From a virus (Duplodnaviria; Heunggongvirae; Uroviricota; Caudoviricetes), in the IMG/VR virus record IMGVR_UViG_2585427773_000007: a stretch of 25,384 nucleotides of DNA. One strand, 5' to 3'. Below the pieces are notes generated by a model, which did no database searches, was not told where the DNA came from, and saw only the letters and a list, made by a program, of their open reading frames with translations. Both the position numbers and the translations under genes were made by a program. Positions 11,385-20,488 of this stretch are shown here, piece after piece. The stretch's first letter is position 1; every line of letters starts with the position of its first letter.

Positions 11385-13938
11385 ACCGGTAGGCGATCTG
11401 GTCGTTGATTTGAGTCTGGATGCGGCCAGATTTGACGAGCAGATGGCCAGAGTCAGGCGTCATTTTTCCGGTACGGAAAGTGATGCGAAAAAAACAGCGG
11501 CAGTCGTTGAACAGTCGATGAACCGGCAGGCGCTGGCTGCACAGAAAGCGGGAATTTCCGTCGGGCAGTATAAAGCCGCCATGCGTATGCTGCCTGCGCA
11601 GTTCACTGACGTGGCCACGCAGCTTGCAGGCGGGCAAAGTCCGTGGCTGATCCTGCTGCAACAGGGGGGTCAGGTGAAGGACTCCTTCGGCGGGATGATC
11701 CCCATGTTCCGGGGGCTTGCCGGTGCGATCACCCTGCCGATGGTGGGGGCCACCTCGCTGGCGGTGGCGACCGGTGCGCTGGCGTATGCCTGGTATCAGG
11801 GCAACTCAACCCTGTCCGATTTCAACAAAACGCTGGTCCTTTCCGGCAATCAGGCCGGGCTGACGGCAGATCGTATGCTGGTCCTGTCCAGAGCCGGGCA
11901 GGCGGCAGGGCTGACGTTTAACCAGACCAGCGAGTCACTCAGCGCACTGGTTAAGGCGGGGGTAAGCGGTGAGGCTCAGATTGCGTCCATCAGCCAGAGT
12001 GTGGCGCGTTTCTCCTCTGCATCCGGCGTGGAGGTGGACAAGGTCGCTGAAGCCTTCGGGAAGCTGACCACTGACCCGACGTCGGGGCTGACGGCGATGG
12101 CGCGCCAGTTCCATAACGTGACGGCGGAGCAGATTGCGTATGTTGCTCAGTTGCAGCGTTCCGGCGATGAGGCCGGGGCATTGCAGGCAGCGAACGAGGC
12201 CGCAACGAAAGGGTTTGATGACCAGACCCGCCGCCTGAAAGAGAACATGGGCACGCTGGAGACCTGGGCAGACAGGACAGCGCGGGCATTCAAATCCATG
12301 TGGGATGCGGTGCTGGATATTGGTCGTCCTGATACCGCGCAGGAGATGTTGATTAAGGCAGAGGCTGCGTTTAAGAAAGCAGACGACATCTGGAATCTGC
12401 GCAAGGATGATTATTTTGTTAACGATGAAGCGCGGGCGCGTTACTGGGATGATCGTGAAAAGGCCCGTCTTGCGCTTGAAGCCGCCCGAAAGAAGGCTGA
12501 GCAGCAGAGTCAACAGGACAAAAATGCGCAGCAGCAGAGCGATACCGAAGCGTCACGGCTGAAATATACCGAAGAGGCACAGAAGGCTTACGAACGCCTG
12601 CAGACACCGCTGGAGAAATATACCGCCCGTCAGGAGGAACTGAATAAGGCACTGAAAGACGGGAAAATCCTGCAGGCAGATTACAACACGCTGATGGCGG
12701 CGGCGAAAAAGGATTATGAAGCGACGCTGAAAAAGCCGAAACAGTCCGGCGTGAAGGTGTCTGCGGGCGATCGTCAGGAAGACAGTGCTCATGCTGCCCT
12801 GCTGACGCTTCAGGCTGAACTCCGGACGCTGGAGAAGCATGCCGGAGCAAATGAGAAAATCAGCCAGCAGCGCCGGGATTTGTGGAAGGCGGAGAGTCAG
12901 TTCGCGGTACTGGAGGAGGCGGCGCAACGTCGCCAGCTGTCTGCACAGGAGAAATCCCTGCTGGCGCATAAAGATGAGACGCTGGAGTACAAACGCCAGC
13001 TGGCTGCACTTGGCGACAAGGTTACGTATCAGGAGCGCCTGAACGCGCTGGCGCAGCAGGCGGATAAATTCGCACAGCAGCAACGGGCAAAACGGGCCGC
13101 CATTGATGCGAAAAGCCGGGGGCTGACTGACCGGCAGGCAGAACGGGAAGCCACGGAACAGCGCCTGAAGGAACAGTATGGCGATAATCCGCTGGCGCTG
13201 AATAACGTCATGTCAGAGCAGAAAAAGACCTGGGCGGCTGAAGACCAGCTTCGCGGGAGCTGGATGGCAGGCCTGAAGTCCGGCTGGAGTGAGTGGGAAG
13301 AGAGCGCCACGGACAGTATGTCGCAGGTTAAAAGTGCAGCCACGCAGACCTTTGATGGTATTGCACAGAATATGGCGGCGATGCTGACCGGCAGTGAGCA
13401 GAACTGGCGCAGCTTCACCCGTTCCGTGCTGTCCATGATGACAGAAATTCTGCTTAAGCAGGCAATGGTGGGGATTGTCGGGAGTATCGGCAGCGCCATT
13501 GGCGGGGCTGTTGGTGGCGGCGCATCCGCGTCAGGCGGTACAGCCATTCAGGCCGCTGCGGCGAAATTCCATTTTGCGACCGGGGGATTTACGGGAACCG
13601 GCGGCAAATATGAGCCAGCGGGGATTGTTCACCGTGGTGAATTTGTCTTCACGAAGGAGGCAACCAGCCGGATTGGCGTGGGGAATCTTTACCGGCTGAT
13701 GCGCGGCTATGCCACCGGCGGTTATGTCGGTACACCGGGCAGCATGGCAGACAGCCGGTCGCAGGCGTCCGGGACGTTTGAGCAGAATAACCATGTGGTG
13801 ATTAACAACGACGGCACGAACGGGCAGATAGGTCCGGCTGCTCTGAAGGCGGTGTATGACATGGCCCGCAAGGGTGCCCGTGATGAAATTCAGACACAGA
13901 TGCGTGATGGTGGCCTGTTCTCCGGAGGTGGACGATGA
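11377..13938 (+). CDS. H: Tail tape measure protein gpH, 853 aa
   Basis: Identical length to lambda H; coiled-coil-rich centre and Gly-rich C-terminal region; overlaps the T stop and the M start. Confidence 0.93.
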   Translation: MAEPVGDLVVDLSLDAARFDEQMARVRRHFSGTESDAKKTAAVVEQSMNRQALAAQKAGISVGQYKAAMRMLPAQFTDVATQLAGGQSPWLILLQQGGQVKDSFGGMIPMFRGLAGAITLPMVGATSLAVATGALAYAWYQGNSTLSDFNKTLVLSGNQAGLTADRMLVLSRAGQAAGLTFNQTSESLSALVKAGVSGEAQIASISQSVARFSSASGVEVDKVAEAFGKLTTDPTSGLTAMARQFHNVTAEQIAYVAQLQRSGDEAGALQAANEAATKGFDDQTRRLKENMGTLETWADRTARAFKSMWDAVLDIGRPDTAQEMLIKAEAAFKKADDIWNLRKDDYFVNDEARARYWDDREKARLALEAARKKAEQQSQQDKNAQQQSDTEASRLKYTEEAQKAYERLQTPLEKYTARQEELNKALKDGKILQADYNTLMAAAKKDYEATLKKPKQSGVKVSAGDRQEDSAHAALLTLQAELRTLEKHAGANEKISQQRRDLWKAESQFAVLEEAAQRRQLSAQEKSLLAHKDETLEYKRQLAALGDKVTYQERLNALAQQADKFAQQQRAKRAAIDAKSRGLTDRQAEREATEQRLKEQYGDNPLALNNVMSEQKKTWAAEDQLRGSWMAGLKSGWSEWEESATDSMSQVKSAATQTFDGIAQNMAAMLTGSEQNWRSFTRSVLSMMTEILLKQAMVGIVGSIGSAIGGAVGGGASASGGTAIQAAAAKFHFATGGFTGTGGKYEPAGIVHRGEFVFTKEATSRIGVGNLYRLMRGYATGGYVGTPGSMADSRSQASGTFEQNNHVVINNDGTNGQIGPAALKAVYDMARKGARDEIQTQMRDGGLFSGGGR

Positions 13939-14264
13939 AGACCTTCCGCTGGAAAGTGAAACCCGGTATGGATGTGGCTTCGGTCCCTTCTGTAAGAAAG
14001 GTGCGCTTTGGTGATGGCTATTCTCAGCGAGCGCCTGCCGGGCTGAATGCCAACCTGAAAACGTACAGCGTGACGCTTTCTGTCCCCCGTGAGGAGGCCA
14101 CGGTACTGGAGTCGTTTCTGGAAGAGCACGGGGGCTGGAAATCCTTTCTGTGGACGCCGCCTTATGAGTGGCGGCAGATAAAGGTGACCTGCGCAAAATG
14201 GTCGTCGCGGGTCAGTATGCTGCGTGTTGAGTTCAGCGCAGAGTTTGAACAGGTGGTGAACTGA
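13935..14264 (+). CDS. M: Tail tip assembly protein gpM, 109 aa
   Basis: Length, position and sequence match lambda M. Confidence 0.9.
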   Translation: MKTFRWKVKPGMDVASVPSVRKVRFGDGYSQRAPAGLNANLKTYSVTLSVPREEATVLESFLEEHGGWKSFLWTPPYEWRQIKVTCAKWSSRVSMLRVEFSAEFEQVVN

Positions 14265-14962
14265 TGCAGGATATCCGGCAGGAAACACTGAATGAATGCA
14301 CCCGTGCGGAGCAGTCGGCCAGCGTGGTGCTCTGGGAAATCGACCTGACAGAGGTCGGTGGAGAACGTTATTTTTTCTGTAATGAGCAGAACGAAAAAGG
14401 TGAGCCGGTCACCTGGCAGGGGCGACAGTATCAGCCGTATCCCATTCAGGGGAGCGGTTTCGAACTGAATGGCAAAGGCACCAGTACGCGCCCCACGCTG
14501 ACGGTTTCTAACCTGTACGGTATGGTCACCGGGATGGCGGAAGATCTGCAGAGTCTGGTCGGCGGAACGGTGGTCCGGCGTAAGGTTTACGCCCGTTTTC
14601 TGGATGCGGTGAACTTCGTCAACGGAAACAGTTACGCCGATCCGGAGCAGGAGGTGATCAGCCGCTGGCGCATTGAGCAGTGCAGCGAACTGAGCGCGGT
14701 GAGTGCCTCCTTTGTACTGTCCACGCCGACGGAAACGGATGGCGCTGTTTTTCCGGGACGTATCATGCTGGCCAACACCTGCACCTGGACCTATCGCGGT
14801 GATGAGTGCGGTTATAGCGGTCCGGCTGTCGCGGATGAATATGACCAGCCGACGTCCGATATCACGAAGGATAAATGCAGCAAATGCCTGAGCGGTTGTA
14901 AGTTCCGCAATAACGTCGGCAACTTTGGCGGCTTCCTTTCCATTAACAAACTTTCGCAGTAA
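14264..14962 (+). CDS. L: Tail tip protein gpL, 232 aa, with a C-terminal Cys cluster
   Basis: Length and sequence match lambda L; C-terminal CxxC...C cluster (CTWTYRGDECGY...CSKCLSGC). Confidence 0.9.
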   Translation: MQDIRQETLNECTRAEQSASVVLWEIDLTEVGGERYFFCNEQNEKGEPVTWQGRQYQPYPIQGSGFELNGKGTSTRPTLTVSNLYGMVTGMAEDLQSLVGGTVVRRKVYARFLDAVNFVNGNSYADPEQEVISRWRIEQCSELSAVSASFVLSTPTETDGAVFPGRIMLANTCTWTYRGDECGYSGPAVADEYDQPTSDITKDKCSKCLSGCKFRNNVGNFGGFLSINKLSQ

Positions 14963-14967
14963 ATCCC

Positions 14968-15711
14968 ATGACACAGACAGAATCAGCGATTCTGGCGCAC
15001 GCCCGGCGATGTGCGCCAGCGGAGTCGTGCGGCTTCGTGGTAAGCACGCCGGAGGGGGAAAGATATTTTCCCTGCGTGAATATCTCCGGTGAGCCGGAGG
15101 CGTATTTCCGTATGTCGCCGGAAGACTGGCTGCAGGCAGAAATGCAGGGTGAGATTGTGGCGCTGGTCCACAGCCACCCCGGTGGTCTGCCCTGGCTGAG
15201 TGAGGCCGACCGGCGGCTGCAGGTGCAGAGTGATTTGCCGTGGTGGCTGGTCTGCCGGGGGACGATTCATAAGTTCCGCTGTGTGCCGCATCTCACCGGG
15301 CGGCGCTTTGAACACGGGGTGACGGACTGTTACACGCTGTTCCGGGATGCTTATCATCTGGCGGGGATTGAGATGCCGGATTTTCATCGCGAGGATGACT
15401 GGTGGCGTCACGGTCAGAATCTCTATCTGGATAATCTGGAGGCCACAGGGCTGTATCAGGTGCCGTTGTCAGCGGCACAACCGGGCGATGTGCTGCTGTG
15501 CTGTTTTGGTTCATCGGTGCCGAATCATGCCGCCATTTACTGTGGTGATGGCGAGCTGCTGCACCATATTCCTGAACAACTGAGCAAACGAGAGAGGTAT
15601 ACCGACAAATGGCAGCGACGCACACACTCCCTCTGGCGTCACCGGGAATGGCACGCATCTGCCTTTACGGGGATTTACAACGATTTGGCCGCCGCATCGA
15701 CCTTCGTGTGA
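14968..15711 (+). CDS. K: Tail tip assembly protein gpK, full 247-aa ORF with JAMM/MPN+ and NlpC/P60 motifs (the classical 199-aa lambda K would start at ATG 15112)
   Basis: HSHPGGLPWLSEAD gives H-x-H-x7-S-x2-D (nt 15169-15210) with a candidate catalytic Glu 49 residues upstream; downstream Cys/His/His residues (DCYTLF, HAAIY, LLHH) consistent with an NlpC/P60 triad. Confidence 0.82.
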   Translation: MTQTESAILAHARRCAPAESCGFVVSTPEGERYFPCVNISGEPEAYFRMSPEDWLQAEMQGEIVALVHSHPGGLPWLSEADRRLQVQSDLPWWLVCRGTIHKFRCVPHLTGRRFEHGVTDCYTLFRDAYHLAGIEMPDFHREDDWWRHGQNLYLDNLEATGLYQVPLSAAQPGDVLLCCFGSSVPNHAAIYCGDGELLHHIPEQLSKRERYTDKWQRRTHSLWRHREWHASAFTGIYNDLAAASTFV

Positions 15712-16280
15712 AAACGGGGGCTGAAGCCATTCGGGCGCTGGCCACACAGCTCCCGGCGTTTCGTCAGAAACTGAGCGACGGCTGGTATCAGGTACGGATT
15801 GCCGGGCAGGATGTCAGCACGTCCGGATTAACGGCGCAGTTACATGAGACTCTGCCTGATGGCGCTGTGATTCATATTGTTCCCAGAGTCGCCGGGGCCA
15901 AGTCAGGTGGCGTATTCCAGATTGTCCTGGGAGCAGCCGCCATTGCCGGATCATTCTTTACCGCCGGAGCCACCCTTACAGCATGGGGGGCAGCCATTGT
16001 GGCCGGTGGTATGACCGGCATCCTGTTTTCTCTCGGTGCCAGTATGGTGCTCGGTGGTGTGGCGCAGATGCTGGCACCGAAAGCCAGGACGCCCACGGCA
16101 GCAAGTACAGATAACGGAAAACAGAACACCTATTTCTCCTCCCTGGATAACATGGTTGCCCAGGGCAATGTTCTGCCTGTTCTGTACGGTGAAATGCGCG
16201 TGGGGTCACGCGTGGTTTCTCAGGAGATCAGCACGGCAGACGAAGGGGATGGTGGTCAGGTTGTGGTGATTGGTCGCTGA
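15609..16280 (+). CDS. I: Tail tip assembly protein gpI, 223 aa
   Basis: MAATHTLPLASPGMARICLYGDLQRFGRR... matches lambda I; 103-nt out-of-frame overlap with the K 3' end. Confidence 0.9.
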   Translation: MAATHTLPLASPGMARICLYGDLQRFGRRIDLRVKTGAEAIRALATQLPAFRQKLSDGWYQVRIAGQDVSTSGLTAQLHETLPDGAVIHIVPRVAGAKSGGVFQIVLGAAAIAGSFFTAGATLTAWGAAIVAGGMTGILFSLGASMVLGGVAQMLAPKARTPTAASTDNGKQNTYFSSLDNMVAQGNVLPVLYGEMRVGSRVVSQEISTADEGDGGQVVVIGR

Positions 16281-16298
16281 TGCAAAATGTTTTATGTG

Positions 16299-16320
16299 AA
16301 ACCGCCTGCGGGCGGTTTTA
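16299..16320 (+). terminator. Hairpin plus T-run between I and J
   Basis: AAACCGCC-TGCG-GGCGGTTTTA, read directly from the sequence. Confidence 0.4.
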
Positions 16321-16340
16321 TCGTTTATGGAGCGTGAGGA

Positions 16341-19300
16341 ATGGGTAAAGGCAGCAGTAAGGGGCATACCCCGCGCGAAGCGAAGGACAACCTGAAGTCC
16401 ACGCAGCTGCTGAGTGTGATCGATGCCATCAGCGAAGGGCCGGTTGAAGGTCCGGTGGACGGATTAAAAAGCGTGCTGCTGAACAGTACGCCGGTGCTGG
16501 ACAGTGAGGGGAATACCAATATATCCGGCGTCACGGTGGTGTTCCGGGCCGGTGAGCAGGAGCAGACACCGCCGGAGGGATTTGAATCCTCCGGCTCCGA
16601 GACGGTGCTGGGTACAGAAGTGAAATATGACACGCCGATCACCCGGACCATCACGTCGGCAAACATTGACCGTCTGCGTTTTACTTTCGGTGTACAGGCA
16701 CTGGTGGAAACCACCTCAAAGGGGGACAGGAATCCATCGGAAGTCCGCCTGCTGGTTCAGATACAGCGTAATGGTGGCTGGGTGACGGAAAAAGACATCA
16801 CCATTAAGGGTAAAACCACCTCACAGTATCTGGCCTCGGTGGTGGTGGATAACCTGCCGCCGCGCCCGTTCAATATCCGGATGCGCAGGATGACGCCGGA
16901 CAGCACCACAGACCAGCTGCAGAACAAAACGCTCTGGTCGTCATACACCGAAATTATCGATGTGAAACAGTGCTACCCGAACACGGCACTGATCGGCGTG
17001 CAGGTGGACTCGGAGCAGTTCGGCAGCCAGCAGGTGAGCCGTAATTATCATCTTCGCGGGCGCATTCTGCAGGTGCCGTCGAACTATAACCCGCAGACGC
17101 GGCAATACAGTGGTATCTGGGACGGAACGTTTAAACCAGCATACAGCAACAACATGGCCTGGTGTCTGTGGGATATGCTGACCCACCCGCGCTACGGCAT
17201 GGGAAAACGTCTTGGTGCGGCGGATGTGGATAAATGGGCGCTGTATGTCATCGGCCAGTACTGCGACCAGTCAGTGCCGGACGGCTTTGGCGGCACGGAG
17301 CCGCGCATCACCTGTAATGCGTACCTGACCACACAGCGCAAGGCGTGGGATGTGCTCAGTGATTTCTGCTCGGCGATGCGCTGTATGCCGGTATGGAACG
17401 GGCAGACGCTGACGTTCGTGCAGGACCGACCGTCGGATAAGGTGTGGGCCTATAACCGCAGTAATGTGGTGATGCCGGATGATGGCGCGCCGTTCCGCTA
17501 CAGTTTCAGCGCCCTGAAAGACCGCCATAATGCCGTTGAGGTGAACTGGATTGACCCGAACAACGGCTGGGAGACGGCGACAGAGCTTGTTGAAGATACG
17601 CAGGCCATTGCCCGTTACGGTCGTAACGTCACGAAGATGGATGCCTTTGGCTGTACCAGCCGGGGGCAGGCGCACCGCGCCGGGCTGTGGCTGATTAAAA
17701 CGGAACTGCTGGAAACGCAGACCGTGGACTTCAGCGTGGGTGCCGAAGGGCTTCGCCATGTGCCGGGGGATGTCATTGAAATCTGCGATGATGACTATGC
17801 GGGTATCAGCACCGGCGGGCGCGTGCTGGCGGGGAACAGCCAGACCCGGACGCTGACGCTCGACCGTGAAATCACGCTGCCATCCTCCGGTACCACGCTG
17901 ATAAGCCTGGTTGACGGTCAGGGTAATCCGGTCAGCGTGGAGGTCCAGTCCGTCACCGACGGCGTGAAGGTAAAAGTTAGCCGTGTTCCTGACGGCGTTG
18001 CCGGATACAGCGTGTGGGGGCTGAAGCTGCCGACGCTGCGCCAGCGCCTGTTCCGCTGCGTGAGTATCCGTGAGAACGACGACGGTATGTATGCCATCAC
18101 CGCCGTGCAGCATGTACCGGAAAAAGAGGCCATCGTGGATAACGGGGCGCACTTTGACGGCGACCAGAGCGGCACGGTGAATGGTGTCACGCCGCCAGCG
18201 GTGCAGCACCTGACTGCCGAAGTCACCGCAGGCAGCGGGGAATATCAGGTGCTGGCGCGCTGGGACACGCCGAAGGTGGTGAAGGGCGTGAGCTTCCTGC
18301 TCCGTCTGACCGTAACAGCGGATGACGGCAGTGAGCGGCTGGTCAGCACGGCCCGGACGACGGAAACCACATACCGCTTCACGCAACTGGCGCTGGGGAA
18401 CTACAGGCTGACAGTCCGGGCGGTAAATGCGTGGGGGCAGCAGGGCGATCCGGCGTCGGTATCGTTCCGGATTGCCGCACCGGCAGCACCGTCGAAGATT
18501 GAGCTGACACCGGGCTATTTTCAGATAACCGCCACGCCGCATCTTGCGGTTTATGATCCGACGGTACAGTTTGAGTTCTGGTTCTCGGAAAAGCGGATTG
18601 CGGATATCAGGCAGGTTGAAACCAGCGCGCGTTATCTTGGTACGGCACTGTACTGGATAGCCGCCAGTATCAATATCAAACCGGGCCATGATTATTACTT
18701 TTATATCCGCAGTGTGAACACCGTTGGCAAATCGGCATTCGTGGAGGCTGTCGGTCGGGCGAGCGATGATGCGGAAGGTTACCTGGATTTTTTCAAAGGC
18801 GAGATAACCGAATCCCATCTTGGCAAGAAGCTGCTGGAAAAAGTCGAGCTGACGGAGGATAACGCCAGCAGACTGGAGGAGTTTTCGAAAGAGTGGAAAG
18901 ACGCCAACGATAAATGGAATGCCATGTGGGGCGTCAAAATTGAGCAGACCGAAGACGGCAAACATTATGTCGCGGGTATTGGCCTCAGTATGGAGGACAC
19001 GGAGGAAGGCAAACTGAGTCAGTTTCTGGTTGCAGCAGACAGGATTGCGATGATTAATCCTGCGAATGGCAACACAAAGCCGATGTTTGTTGGTCAGGGC
19101 GATCAGATATTCATGAATGAAGTGTTCCTGAAACGCCTGACGGCCCCCACCATTACCAGCGGCGGTAATCCTCCGGCATTTTCCCTGACATCAGACGGGA
19201 GACTGACGGCGAAAAATGCGGATATCAGTGGCAGTGTGAATGCGAACTCAGGAACGCTCAACAATGTCACGATTAACCAGAACTGTACGATTAAGGGCAT

Positions 19301-19754
19301 GCTGGAGGCGACCCAGGTCAGAGGGGATTTCGTTAAAGCTGTATCAAAAGCCTTCCCGAAAAAAGTCGGTACGTGGGGTAACACGGAAACACCAAACGGT
19401 ACGGTTACAGTCACCATCAGCGATGATCATAACTTTGACCGCCAGATTATTATTCCGCCCATTATTTTTAACGGTATAGCGTATGACGATCCGGGGAGCG
19501 GAAATAACCCAGGAGGCACGCGATACACGGGTTATGGTTTTGAAGTTCGCAAAAACGGCGTATTAATCGCATCCAGAGAAACTAAAGGGGCCATTCCCGG
19601 TAGTTACAGTGCAGTTATTGATATGCCGAGTGGCAGGGGAAGCGTCACTCTGGAGTTTAAGATTTTCCAGAAAGGCAATCAGGGGGCAGGCAATATCACC
19701 GACTGTACGGTGATTGTGACCAAAAAAGCCGCTTCCGGCATCAGTATTCGTTGA
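16341..19754 (+). CDS. J: Central tail fibre / host specificity protein gpJ, 1137 aa
   Basis: Size, position and N-terminus match lambda J; GAGGA RBS 6 nt upstream. Confidence 0.93.
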   Translation: MGKGSSKGHTPREAKDNLKSTQLLSVIDAISEGPVEGPVDGLKSVLLNSTPVLDSEGNTNISGVTVVFRAGEQEQTPPEGFESSGSETVLGTEVKYDTPITRTITSANIDRLRFTFGVQALVETTSKGDRNPSEVRLLVQIQRNGGWVTEKDITIKGKTTSQYLASVVVDNLPPRPFNIRMRRMTPDSTTDQLQNKTLWSSYTEIIDVKQCYPNTALIGVQVDSEQFGSQQVSRNYHLRGRILQVPSNYNPQTRQYSGIWDGTFKPAYSNNMAWCLWDMLTHPRYGMGKRLGAADVDKWALYVIGQYCDQSVPDGFGGTEPRITCNAYLTTQRKAWDVLSDFCSAMRCMPVWNGQTLTFVQDRPSDKVWAYNRSNVVMPDDGAPFRYSFSALKDRHNAVEVNWIDPNNGWETATELVEDTQAIARYGRNVTKMDAFGCTSRGQAHRAGLWLIKTELLETQTVDFSVGAEGLRHVPGDVIEICDDDYAGISTGGRVLAGNSQTRTLTLDREITLPSSGTTLISLVDGQGNPVSVEVQSVTDGVKVKVSRVPDGVAGYSVWGLKLPTLRQRLFRCVSIRENDDGMYAITAVQHVPEKEAIVDNGAHFDGDQSGTVNGVTPPAVQHLTAEVTAGSGEYQVLARWDTPKVVKGVSFLLRLTVTADDGSERLVSTARTTETTYRFTQLALGNYRLTVRAVNAWGQQGDPASVSFRIAAPAAPSKIELTPGYFQITATPHLAVYDPTVQFEFWFSEKRIADIRQVETSARYLGTALYWIAASINIKPGHDYYFYIRSVNTVGKSAFVEAVGRASDDAEGYLDFFKGEITESHLGKKLLEKVELTEDNASRLEEFSKEWKDANDKWNAMWGVKIEQTEDGKHYVAGIGLSMEDTEEGKLSQFLVAADRIAMINPANGNTKPMFVGQGDQIFMNEVFLKRLTAPTITSGGNPPAFSLTSDGRLTAKNADISGSVNANSGTLNNVTINQNCTIKGMLEATQVRGDFVKAVSKAFPKKVGTWGNTETPNGTVTVTISDDHNFDRQIIIPPIIFNGIAYDDPGSGNNPGGTRYTGYGFEVRKNGVLIASRETKGAIPGSYSAVIDMPSGRGSVTLEFKIFQKGNQGAGNITDCTVIVTKKAASGISIR

Positions 19755-19772
19755 AATATTTATAACCCCAAT

Positions 19773-19800
19773 AAAGGGCGTCAGGAATGACGCCTTTTTT
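19773..19800 (+). terminator. Rho-independent terminator after J
   Basis: AAAGGGCGTCA-GGAA-TGACGCC followed by TTTTTT. Confidence 0.6.
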
Positions 19801-19824
19801 ATTGCAGAAAAGCGAGAGGTAATT

Positions 19825-20424
19825 ATGCGTAAAGTTTGTGCAGCAATTTTGTCCGCAGCCATTTGTCTGGCCGTATCCGGTGCGCCTGCATGGGCGTCTG
19901 AACATCAGTCCACGCTGAGCGCGGGGTATCTTCATGCCTCGACGAACGTCCCCGGCAGTGATGATCTGAACGGGATTAACGTGAAATACCGTTATGAGTT
20001 TACGGACACACTGGGGCTGGTGACGTCATTCAGCTATGCAGGAGACAAGAATCGCCAGCTGACCCGTTACAGCGATACCCGCTGGCATGAAGATTCCGTT
20101 CGTAACCGCTGGTTCAGCGTAATGGCGGGGCCGTCTGTGCGCGTGAATGAATGGTTCAGCGCGTATGCGATGGCGGGTGTAGCTTACAGCCGTGTGTCGA
20201 CTTTCTCCGGGGATTATCTTCGCGTAACTGACAACAAGGGGAAAACGCACGATGTGCTGACCGGAAGTGATGACGGTCGCCACAGCAACACGTCTCTGGC
20301 GTGGGGGGCTGGCGTGCAGTTTAACCCGACCGAATCCGTGGCCATTGATATTGCTTATGAAGGCTCCGGCAGTGGTGACTGGCGCACTGACGGTTTCATC
20401 GTGGGTGTCGGTTATAAATTCTGA
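19825..20424 (+). CDS. lom: Lom outer-membrane beta-barrel protein (Ail/Lom/PagC family), 199 aa with signal peptide
   Basis: N-terminal signal peptide (MRKVCAAILSAAICLAVSGAPAWA), C-terminal aromatic residue (...GVGYKF) and alternating beta-strand pattern; lambda lom position between J and stf. Confidence 0.88.
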   Translation: MRKVCAAILSAAICLAVSGAPAWASEHQSTLSAGYLHASTNVPGSDDLNGINVKYRYEFTDTLGLVTSFSYAGDKNRQLTRYSDTRWHEDSVRNRWFSVMAGPSVRVNEWFSAYAMAGVAYSRVSTFSGDYLRVTDNKGKTHDVLTGSDDGRHSNTSLAWGAGVQFNPTESVAIDIAYEGSGSGDWRTDGFIVGVGYKF

Positions 20425-20450
20425 TTAGCCAGGTAACACAGTGTTATGAC

Positions 20451-20477
20451 AGCCCGCCGGTTCAGGCGGGCTTTTTT
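20451..20477 (+). terminator. Rho-independent terminator after lom
   Basis: AGCCCGCC-GGTTCAG-GCGGGCT followed by TTTTTT. Confidence 0.6.
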
Positions 20478-20488
20478 GTGGGGTGAAT

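Noticed and set aside
11935-14974. Chain of long minus-strand ORFs antisense to H, M and L (11935-12513, 12553-13083, 13029-13547, 13531-14196, 14162-14974)
   Set aside because: All overlap conserved lambda-type tail genes on the opposite strand and have biased Arg/Leu/Pro/Cys composition without motifs; best explained as stop-poor antisense frames.
17271-18965. 564-aa minus-strand ORF inside J
   Set aside because: Lies entirely antisense to the well-supported J gene, is Arg/Pro/His-rich and low-complexity, and has no recognisable domain or RBS context; typical antisense artefact of GC-rich coding sequence.
19755-20488. Possible anti-phage defence or other accessory island in the J-lom-stf intergenic gaps
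   Set aside because: The gaps are only about 70 and 60 bp and are occupied by terminator hairpins; no additional ORF fits. No defence-system-like genes are visible anywhere in the window.
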